Part shown: one piece after another, positions 56,444 through 64,000 of the stretch
Layout of the letters: every line of letters begins with the position of its first letter
Position numbering within the stretch: position 1 is the first letter of the stretch
Origin: a virus
Direction: 5' to 3' (one strand)
Virus record (IMG/VR): IMGVR_UViG_3300044970_000539
Span: 32,001 to 96,000 of that record
Length of the DNA: 64,000 bases
Notes under the pieces: generated by a model
What the model was told of the DNA's origin: nothing
What the model saw: the letters and a program-made list of their open reading frames with translations, nothing else
Database searches by the model: none
Program-made: the position numbers and the translations under genes

Positions 56444-56884
56444 ATGGCGAAAATATCATTAGCAAACGTAAAGGCCCTGTTTCAGACAGGTGATAGACCA
56501 ACCGAAGCAAACTATGTTGACTTAATTGACACCTCTGCAGCCCAGGCAACAGATCTGGGTACTGCTGGTAACAACGAAGTAACAATCACTGGTATTGAGA
56601 ACAGCACAATCTTTGATAATTTTACTGCCTCAGAATGGAGATCCGTTAAGTACGTGGTCACATTAAAGAAGAGCACTGGAGACAAGTTCTTCACAACAGA
56701 GTTAACCATAGTCCCTGATGGTACAAATGATAACGTCAGTGAATATGGAACAGTAGACAATGATGGGAATATTGGCACCATTAGCGTCTCTAGGGCAGGA
56801 GGCACAGTTAACCTAACTGTAGTTCCCGTGGTGGGTCAGACCCCGATTACCTTACGCTACATGCGTACTGGTTTGAAGGCTTAA
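56444..56884 (+). CDS. virion structural protein (leaderless)
   Basis: FQTGDRPT...Y.DLID; C-terminal domain SVKY...SEYG related to the C-terminus of 56900. Confidence 0.7.
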   Translation: MAKISLANVKALFQTGDRPTEANYVDLIDTSAAQATDLGTAGNNEVTITGIENSTIFDNFTASEWRSVKYVVTLKKSTGDKFFTTELTIVPDGTNDNVSEYGTVDNDGNIGTISVSRAGGTVNLTVVPVVGQTPITLRYMRTGLKA

Positions 56885-56899
56885 CCAAGGAGATAATAA

Positions 56900-59023
56900 A
56901 TGGCAACAATAACAAAAGACTTTAGAGTAAAGGCTGGATTAGTAGTTGAGGGAGCAACCGCAACCGTTGAAGGCCACGATATTCTTACAAAGAAGATTGC
57001 AGATGCAAAAGGTGATTTGCTAGTTGGTACTGCAGATAATGCAATATCTAAATTAAGCGTTGGAACAAACGGACACGTCCTTACAGCAGATTCTGCTGAA
57101 GCAAGCGGAGTCAAGTGGGCAGCCCCTGCAGCAGTTGGAGTATTTGATACATCAATTACTTTTGAAGGTGCAACAGCAGATGATTATGAGACAACTCTTA
57201 CAGTAGTAGATCCAACAGCAGACCGCACAATTACACTTCCTAACGTATCAGGTACTGTAGTTACATCTGGTGATACTGGTACAGTTACAGCAACAATGCT
57301 TGCTTCAGATTCAGTAACTACAGTAAAGATTGCAGATGCAAACGTGACTGCAGCAAAACTTGCTACAGACTCTGTAGAAACAGCAAAGATTAAAGATGCT
57401 AACGTAACTGCTGCTAAACTTGCTGCAGATTCTGTAGAAACAGCAAAGATTGTTGACTCAAATGTTACAGCAGCAAAGTTGGCTGCAGACTCAGTTACAA
57501 CTTCAAAAATTCTTGATGCAAATGTTACAGATGCAAAACTTGCTTCAAACTCAGTTACAAACGCTAAAATTGCAGATTCAGCAGTAAATACAGCCGAAAT
57601 TGCAGACAATGCAGTTACAGCAGCAAAACTTGGTACAGATGCAGTTGAAACATTAAAGATTAAAGATGCAAACGTAACTGCTGCTAAACTTGCTTCAGAC
57701 TCTGTAGAAACAGTAAAGATTCTAAATGGAGCAGTAACAGAAGCAAAGATTGCAGACGGAGCAGTAACTTCAGCAAAGATTCTAGATGGAACCATTGTTA
57801 ATGGGGACATTAATGCAGCAGCAGCAATTGATCAATCAAAGATTTCAGGATTGACAACAGACCTTTCTAATAAACTAGCACTTGCTGGTGGAACAATGAC
57901 TGGCGCAATTGCAATGGGTACAAACAAGATCACAGGTCTTGGAACACCAACTGATGGAACAGATGCAGCAACAAAGTCTTATGTAGACACAACAGTTCAA
58001 GGAATTGACTGGAAAGCGTCTGTAAAGGCAGCAACAACTGCAAACCTAACACTAGCATCTGATCTTGAAAATGGAGACACACTTGACGGTGTAACTCTTG
58101 CTACTGGAGATCGTGTTCTTGTTAAGGATCAGTCAACTGGTTCACAAAATGGTATCTATGTAGTTAAGGAATCTGGTGCTCCAGATCGTTCTACAGATGC
58201 AGATGAGGGTGCAGAAGTAACTGCAAACTTTGCGGTATTCGTAGAGCAAGGAACAGTAAACGCTGACTCAGGATTTACATTAACAAATAACGGTTCAGTT
58301 ACAATTGGAACTACAGCACTTGCTTTCACACAGTTTACTGGCCTTGGACAAATTATTGCTGGTACAGGATTAGACAAGACTGGAAACACTCTTGATATTG
58401 ATTCAACTGTAACAACAAACGATGGAGTTCAAACCCTTACTAACAAAACTATCAATGGTTCAAGTAATACTATTACAAATGTTTCTTTAACTACTGGAGT
58501 TACAGGAACACTTCCTGTTGCTAACGGAGGTACTGGAATAACATCACTTGGAACAGGTATTGCAACATTCCTTGAAACTCCATCTTCTGCAAATCTTGCA
58601 GCAGCATTAACCGATGAAGCAGGAACTGGAACAGTAGCATTTACTGATAGTCCAACCTTTACTACACCAACACTTGGTGCAGCAGCAGCGACAAGCATTG
58701 CTTTTGCAGATGCTCTTGTTGGTTCTGCTCTAGCAACTGCTGGAACATCAGCAACTACAATTGATACATGGTCAGCAACAACATACTCTGCTGCTAAGTA
58801 CATTGTTCAAATGAAAAAGGGCAATGACATTGAAGTAATTGAAGTTCTTGTTGCAGTCAACGGAAGCAATGATGTTTACTTAACAGAGTACGCAAATGTA
58901 CAAAGTAATACAGAACTTGGAACAACAAATGCTGTCTACTCAGGTGGTAATGTTCTTCTACAGGTAACTGGAGCAGCAGCAGATACTGTTGTTAAGGTTC
59001 ACAAGACTTATATCGAAGCATAA
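56900..59023 (+). CDS. long tail fibre with 10-aa VT.AK repeats
   Basis: Many VTAAKLATDS/VETAKIKDAN repeats; DAATKSYVD; GDRVLVKDQ...NGIY. Confidence 0.85.
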   Translation: MATITKDFRVKAGLVVEGATATVEGHDILTKKIADAKGDLLVGTADNAISKLSVGTNGHVLTADSAEASGVKWAAPAAVGVFDTSITFEGATADDYETTLTVVDPTADRTITLPNVSGTVVTSGDTGTVTATMLASDSVTTVKIADANVTAAKLATDSVETAKIKDANVTAAKLAADSVETAKIVDSNVTAAKLAADSVTTSKILDANVTDAKLASNSVTNAKIADSAVNTAEIADNAVTAAKLGTDAVETLKIKDANVTAAKLASDSVETVKILNGAVTEAKIADGAVTSAKILDGTIVNGDINAAAAIDQSKISGLTTDLSNKLALAGGTMTGAIAMGTNKITGLGTPTDGTDAATKSYVDTTVQGIDWKASVKAATTANLTLASDLENGDTLDGVTLATGDRVLVKDQSTGSQNGIYVVKESGAPDRSTDADEGAEVTANFAVFVEQGTVNADSGFTLTNNGSVTIGTTALAFTQFTGLGQIIAGTGLDKTGNTLDIDSTVTTNDGVQTLTNKTINGSSNTITNVSLTTGVTGTLPVANGGTGITSLGTGIATFLETPSSANLAAALTDEAGTGTVAFTDSPTFTTPTLGAAAATSIAFADALVGSALATAGTSATTIDTWSATTYSAAKYIVQMKKGNDIEVIEVLVAVNGSNDVYLTEYANVQSNTELGTTNAVYSGGNVLLQVTGAAADTVVKVHKTYIEA

Positions 59024-59043
59024 TTTAGGGACGGGAGTCAACT

Positions 59044-59502
59044 ATGGCAACAGTAAATAAAGACTTTAAGGTAAAACATGGGCTTAATGTAGCCGAAGGT
59101 GGTACTTTTGGTCAAGCAGTCGTAGTTGGCACCCCAACCGAAAATACACATGCCGCTACTAAGGCATATGTAGACGGTAGAGAACTTCTTGTAGCGCAAG
59201 GCTCTACACCACCAAGCGATCAAAATTCATCAAATGGTGAACTTTTTATTGATACTGCTGAAAATAGACTTTTGTTTTATTACAATGGTCAGTGGAACAC
59301 TCTTGCACTATTAAATGACACAATTGAAATAGCGCAACACATCCACGATACATCAATTGGTGGAACTGGTTTGATTGTTTCAACATTTAAAGATGCAGGA
59401 TTCTATAACGAGGCTGGCGCAGAAGAAGATGCTGGTTTTTATAATACTAACAGTTGGTCTGCCACATATGATGGTGGAATTGCAACAGAAGTATATAATT
59501 AA
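59044..59502 (+). CDS. short fibre/virion protein
   Basis: KDFKVK.GL, HAATKAYVD. Confidence 0.7.
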   Translation: MATVNKDFKVKHGLNVAEGGTFGQAVVVGTPTENTHAATKAYVDGRELLVAQGSTPPSDQNSSNGELFIDTAENRLLFYYNGQWNTLALLNDTIEIAQHIHDTSIGGTGLIVSTFKDAGFYNEAGAEEDAGFYNTNSWSATYDGGIATEVYN

Positions 59503-59544
59503 AAACTGATATAATATGATCATACACCAATGGAGGAGTAAATA

Positions 59545-60996
59545 ATGGCAACAAGAATGCAACAGCGTAGAGGTACCGCATCACAGTGGACATCTTCTAA
59601 CGATGGCGATGGTCCAATCCTAAATGCTGGAGAAATCGGCTGGGAATCAGACACAAATAAATTTAAGATTGGCGATGGAGTAACTTATTGGGTTGACCTT
59701 AAGTATTTCGTAGACGCAGAAGATGTTATTGCAGCATCTCTTGGATCATACCTCCAGGATTCAGACGTTGGAGCAATCTCTGGTGTAGCAGGACTTGATG
59801 CAAGCAAGAATCTAGTGGTTCCTGGAACATCTATCCACATAGAGGGCGCAACAGATAATGCAAACGAAACAACTTTAACTGTAGTAGACCCAACTGCTGA
59901 CAGAACAATCACTTTCCCTGACGCAACAGGAACTGTTCAACTTAGAGTTACAGATGTTGATGATACAGAAATTGGATACCTAAATGGTGTTACTTCTGCA
60001 ATCCAGACACAGATGGATGCAAAGGCTCCACTAGCAGGCCCAGCACTTACTGGAGATGCAACAGCAGTTAACTTGACAATTTCTGGCAACCTAACAGTTA
60101 ATGGAACGACAACAAATATTAACTCAACCAACCTTGTAGTAGAAGATAAGAATATCGTTCTTGGAGATACAGCATCACCTACTGACACAACAGCAGATGG
60201 TGGCGGTATCACAATCAAGGGTGCAACAGATAAGACTTTTAACTGGGTAGACGCTACAGATGCATTTACGTCTTCTGAGCATATCAACCTTGCTTCAGGT
60301 AAGTCTTATTATGTAAACGGAACACTTCTAAAGGATGTTTCAGAGACTCTTACCAACAAAACTCTTACTAGCCCAACTTTGACAACACCAGCACTTGGTA
60401 CTCCAGCATCTGGAACTCTTACAAATGCAACTGGGTTGCCAGTAGACACAGGTATATCAGGTCTTGGTACAGGAGTAGCAACATTCCTTGCAACTCCATC
60501 ATCTTCAAACCTTGCCTCAGCAGTTACAGATGAAACAGGTTCAGGAGCACTTGTATTTGGAACATCTCCAAGCATTGCCTCACCAACTGTTACAGGTACT
60601 ACAAAGATTGCACAAATTCTTGAAACTACAACGGTATCAGCAACTGCAGCAACAGGTACAATTAACTATAACGTACTAACAAACGGAGCAGTAACATACT
60701 ACACATCAAATTCAAGCGGTAACTGGACATTAAACCTACGTGGAGATGGTTCTACAACGCTTAACTCAATCATGGCAACTGGACAGTCTCTAACTATAGC
60801 ATTTTTAGTTACAAACTCTACAGCCTACTATCAGAGTGGATTCCAGATTGACGGATCATCAGTTACTCCAAAGTGGCAAGGTGGAACAGCCCCTTCTGCA
60901 GGAAATGCTTCATCAATTGATATTTATACAATAACTGTAATTAAAACAGGAGATGCAGCATTTACTGCATTTGCTGCTCAAACAAAGTTTGCATAA
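59545..60996 (+). CDS. tail fibre with Mtd_N/hyaluronidase-like N-terminus and WQGGTAP tip domain
   Basis: QRRGT..QW...GEIG.E.DT.KFKIGDG; C-terminal [20 protein letters not shown]...IKT...FA. Confidence 0.85.
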   Translation: MATRMQQRRGTASQWTSSNDGDGPILNAGEIGWESDTNKFKIGDGVTYWVDLKYFVDAEDVIAASLGSYLQDSDVGAISGVAGLDASKNLVVPGTSIHIEGATDNANETTLTVVDPTADRTITFPDATGTVQLRVTDVDDTEIGYLNGVTSAIQTQMDAKAPLAGPALTGDATAVNLTISGNLTVNGTTTNINSTNLVVEDKNIVLGDTASPTDTTADGGGITIKGATDKTFNWVDATDAFTSSEHINLASGKSYYVNGTLLKDVSETLTNKTLTSPTLTTPALGTPASGTLTNATGLPVDTGISGLGTGVATFLATPSSSNLASAVTDETGSGALVFGTSPSIASPTVTGTTKIAQILETTTVSATAATGTINYNVLTNGAVTYYTSNSSGNWTLNLRGDGSTTLNSIMATGQSLTIAFLVTNSTAYYQSGFQIDGSSVTPKWQGGTAPSAGNASSIDIYTITVIKTGDAAFTAFAAQTKFA

Positions 60997-61047
60997 ATAG
61001 TATATAATGAAGTAGTAGTAAAACATTATATAGAATAGAGGAGAAGC

Positions 61048-61263
61048 ATGACCACAGAACCAGAGACTATAGAGATGCCACCAATCAAGGTAGCATTTGT
61101 TATAGACAATACAATTGTTGATATCTTGCATACAGATCGTCGCCTGGCTGATATATTTTTAAGTAATGGCGTTGTAGTAGATATAACCTCAAATACCGAA
61201 AGCATTCAGTTTGGCTGGATCTATAACCCAGAAACTGGACAGTTTTCAGAACCAGCATTATAA
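61048..61263 (+). CDS. TDERLA-family partner (orphan, short)
   Basis: PIKVAFVIDN.IVDILHTDRRLA.IFLS. Confidence 0.7.
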   Translation: MTTEPETIEMPPIKVAFVIDNTIVDILHTDRRLADIFLSNGVVVDITSNTESIQFGWIYNPETGQFSEPAL

Positions 61264-61318
61264 GTAAATACTTATATCATTTCATGCTATAATGAAAACA
61301 ACATAAGGAGATTTATAA

Positions 61319-62242
61319 ATGCCATTGCTAGGTGCTCGTGGAGGCGGATCTGTAAGAGGGTTTGGTCGTTTCGGCAAGAACTTGCTTTTAGCATTAATTG
61401 ACTCATTTAACAGAACAACATCTGGAAATCTTGGAACATCAAGTGATGGTAAGGGTCTTTGGAAAAACGTTGTAGGAACTTGGCAAGCAAATGGAAGTTC
61501 TAGTGTTTCTAACGCTCTAGCATCAGGAAATAACGTTGCTGTTGTTGATTTAGATGGAACAAACATCACCAATCTTCAGGTAGATACTGGCTCAAATGGT
61601 GGTTCTGGGCTATCCTTTTGGGTAACAGATGCTAATAACTACTATGCTTTCTATCCATCATACACATCCTCTTCAGCAACAAACACAACATGTTCATTAC
61701 AACAAACAAGACAGGGTGTTGGTTGTGCAGGCTTAGGGTTTTGTGGTGGATGTAGTAGCCCATTTACTATTACTTATTATGAGTGTATTGAAAATCGAAA
61801 CTCACCTAATGATCCAGTTGTCGGCTATCAGGTGTGCTGCAGCCCTAACAACTGTGCACCTAGAGGGTATTCTTCAGGTGCCTCTGAGACTCTATATTAT
61901 GTTACAGGAAATATAAATCAAACTATAACAACTACCACTTATAATTCTATAGCCAATTTAAGAAAAGTTGAAAGTGGATCTGCTACCGATTTAGTTACCA
62001 ATACATACAATACAAACAATTCTGGATTTTCAAAAGCCCAATCTATTGCAATCAGCACTTCAGGAAGTACAATTTCTTATACTCTTTACAGTGCTGCAAA
62101 TAAGGGTGGATCTACTATAGGCAGTGGTTCAAATACTCCATCTAGCCCAGTAAAGGGCCAAGGGGTTGGACTATTCCACGGTACATCAATTGTTGATCAA
62201 GGTTCAACATTATCAAACTTTAGTGTTACAGTTACGCCTTAA
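61319..62242 (+). CDS. MPLLGARGGG-family protein 3 with Cys-rich variable insert
   Basis: 8 Cys confined to the middle. Confidence 0.8.
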   Translation: MPLLGARGGGSVRGFGRFGKNLLLALIDSFNRTTSGNLGTSSDGKGLWKNVVGTWQANGSSSVSNALASGNNVAVVDLDGTNITNLQVDTGSNGGSGLSFWVTDANNYYAFYPSYTSSSATNTTCSLQQTRQGVGCAGLGFCGGCSSPFTITYYECIENRNSPNDPVVGYQVCCSPNNCAPRGYSSGASETLYYVTGNINQTITTTTYNSIANLRKVESGSATDLVTNTYNTNNSGFSKAQSIAISTSGSTISYTLYSAANKGGSTIGSGSNTPSSPVKGQGVGLFHGTSIVDQGSTLSNFSVTVTP

Positions 62243-62253
62243 AGGGGGAAAGA

Positions 62254-62496
62254 GTGTCAGAAACAAAAAAAGCAAGACCTTGGGATATTTTTAATAAAAA
62301 TATAAAAAAAGTAGAAGATGTTGTATCAGAAGAAAGAATGAAAATTTGCAAGTCCTGTCCAGAACTACTTCCTACAGGAAATTGCAAGAAGTGTGGATGT
62401 TTTATGTCTTTAAAAACAAAACTTCCACATGCATTTTGTCCTTTACATAAGTGGGGGGTTGTGGAAGTAGGATACAAGGAGGAAACTAATGAGTGA
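62254..62496 (+). CDS. DUF6171-like Cys-rich protein, paralog of 44137
   Basis: RPWD...RMKICKSC...CKKCGCFM..K..L....CP..KW. Confidence 0.7.
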   Translation: MSETKKARPWDIFNKNIKKVEDVVSEERMKICKSCPELLPTGNCKKCGCFMSLKTKLPHAFCPLHKWGVVEVGYKEETNE

Positions 62497-62782
62497 AGAT
62501 ATACAAGAAGAGATGTTAAACTTAGTACCAAAAAAAATAGCATTTGTTGTTGATAATATGGTAGTAGACGTTTTACATACAGATGAAAGATTGGCTGTTA
62601 TTTTTTTAAGCCAACCTTTAGTTCTGGACGTGACAGAAACATATGAAGAATCACAGCCAATGCCTGGGTATGTTTATTACGAAGATACTCAAACATTTTT
62701 ACCACAATCTCCAGATCCATCCTATGTTTGGAATGAAGAGTATAAGTCTTGGCTTCCACCAATAGATGTTATTCCTGAATAA
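62489..62782 (+). CDS. TDERLA-family partner
   Basis: PKKIAFVVDN.VVDVLHTDERLAVIFLSQP. Confidence 0.75.
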   Translation: MSEDIQEEMLNLVPKKIAFVVDNMVVDVLHTDERLAVIFLSQPLVLDVTETYEESQPMPGYVYYEDTQTFLPQSPDPSYVWNEEYKSWLPPIDVIPE

Positions 62783-62810
62783 AAATACATAACTTTATTA
62801 AACTTAAAGT

Positions 62811-62842
62811 GCTATACCTTAACATTAGGTATAGCCTTTTTG
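62811..62842 (+). terminator. intrinsic terminator
   Basis: GCTATACCT-TAACATT-AGGTATAGC followed by T-run. Confidence 0.75.
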
Positions 62843-62937
62843 TTTTACGCTTAAAATAGTTAAATATTTGTGATATACTTAAGACCACTTTGGAAAACTC
62901 AAAGCACTCATCTAAATTTGCTTAGAAAGGTAAATAA

Positions 62938-64000
62938 ATGTCAGAAGTTTTTTCATTTCGTCTATCAGAAGAATTTGTAAATAAATATAATAATGTTCCA
63001 GCGCCATTTGGATTTTCAGATGCTGGATCTAACTCATTAGGAGAGATTACATTTATTCGTACATATTCTCGTGTTAAGGAAGACGGTACAAAAGAACGTT
63101 GGCATGAAGTTTGTCGTCGTGTAATTGAGGGCATGTATTCAGTTCAAAAAAACCATGCTAAGGATAATCGTTTACCATGGAATGATAACAAAGCACAAAA
63201 GTCTGCACAAGAAGCATTCCAAAGAATGTTTGAATTAAAGTGGACACCACCAGGTCGTGGGCTATGGGCATTTGGAACTCCTATGACTATGGAAAAGCGT
63301 AACTCAGCATCTCTTCAAAATTGTGCAATGGTTTCAACAAGAGACATTGATCGTAATGATCCTGGTGCTTTATTTGCTTGGGTAATGGATGCATTAATGC
63401 TGGGTATTGGAGTTGGATTTGACACCCTTGGACAAGACAAGCAAATGTCTATTTATGCTCCTACTGAACCAGCATCTATTTATGAAATCCCAGATACCCG
63501 TGAAGGCTGGGTTGAATCAGTTCGTCTTTTGATCAACTCTTTTCTTCGTCAAAACCAGTCTATTCAAGAGTTTAACTATGACCTTATCCGTCCTCTAGGG
63601 GCACCCATTAAGGGCTTTGGAGGGGTAGCAAGCGGTCCAGCACCACTTATTGATCTGCATACTCGTATCAAAAATGTAATTGGCTCTAGGGCTGGAGAAA
63701 TACTAGATAGCCGTGCTATTGTTGATATTGTTAATCTTATTGGCACCTGCGTAGTATCAGGAAATGTTCGTCGTTCTGCAACTCTTGCACTTGGAACACC
63801 AGAAGATGAAGGCTTTATTAATCTTAAAAATCCAGAAGTATTTCCAGATCGTAACTCATATGATCCAGAAAAACCAGGATGGGCTTGGATGTCAAACAAC
63901 TCTATTTCAGCAACTGTTGGAACAAAATATGAAGACTATGTAGATTTAATTGCAGATAATGGAGAGCCAGGTTTTATTTGGCTTGATGTTGCTCGTAATT
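62938..64000 (+). CDS. nrdJ: class II (B12-dependent) ribonucleoside-triphosphate reductase, 5' part
   Basis: RTYSR..E.W.EV..RV, PPGRGLW, SLQNC, LMLG.GVGFD, GFGGVASGP, CVVSGNVRRSA; runs off the window. Confidence 0.92.
   Translation, partial: MSEVFSFRLSEEFVNKYNNVPAPFGFSDAGSNSLGEITFIRTYSRVKEDGTKERWHEVCRRVIEGMYSVQKNHAKDNRLPWNDNKAQKSAQEAFQRMFELKWTPPGRGLWAFGTPMTMEKRNSASLQNCAMVSTRDIDRNDPGALFAWVMDALMLGIGVGFDTLGQDKQMSIYAPTEPASIYEIPDTREGWVESVRLLINSFLRQNQSIQEFNYDLIRPLGAPIKGFGGVASGPAPLIDLHTRIKNVIGSRAGEILDSRAIVDIVNLIGTCVVSGNVRRSATLALGTPEDEGFINLKNPEVFPDRNSYDPEKPGWAWMSNNSISATVGTKYEDYVDLIADNGEPGFIWLDVARN

Noticed and set aside
57184-58803. Long minus-strand ORFs opposite the tail fibre
   Set aside because: Shadow frames caused by GCA/ACA-rich codon usage
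59545-62242. Diversity-generating retroelement (Mtd-like N-terminus, variable proteins)
   Set aside because: No reverse transcriptase and no TR/VR pair differing only at adenines in the window; the variable inserts are unalignable
1-64000. Prophage or host chromosome, alternative genetic code
   Set aside because: No integrase, att site or host housekeeping block seen; long ORFs read cleanly in code 11 and there are no suppressor tRNAs

Overview
A 64 kb segment of a large, AT-rich tailed dsDNA phage genome, very probably infecting an Actinobacterium. The host call rests on WhiB, GP88-like and DUF932 genes and many leaderless TANNNT-N6-ATG starts; a freshwater acI-like host is inference. Layout: (1) 1-21.6 kb rightward: Cas4-like exonuclease, RuvC-like resolvase, terminase, secreted/surface proteins, proteases, tRNAs, Hsp20, CHAP endolysin, thioredoxin, WhiB, glycosyltransferase, holin-like gene. 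(2) 21.7-30.3 kb leftward: glycosylation island, four tRNAs including a rare tRNA-Ile(UAU), nucleases. (3) 30.8-31.55 kb non-coding, origin-like, with DnaA boxes and iterons. (4) 31.55-42.8 kb early-type region of small genes separated by a repeated regulatory cassette: TGTCAG-N10-TANNNT promoters, helically phased CRP-type TGTGA-N6-TCACA sites, DnaA boxes, GACACGCCC and TCGAAAAATTT motifs, and a covarying ~30-nt RNA pseudoknot. (5) 42.9-62.8 kb: IscA, DUF6065-like paralogs and tail/fibre genes, including three separately promoted cassettes encoding a constant scaffold with a hypervariable Cys-rich knob plus a partner protein. (6) 5' part of a class II ribonucleotide reductase. The best candidates for an undescribed system are the plug-in Cys-knob adhesin cassettes, the CRP/DnaA/TGTCAG early-promoter cassette and the repeated pseudoknot. 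All family assignments come from motif recognition by eye; no database search was run.
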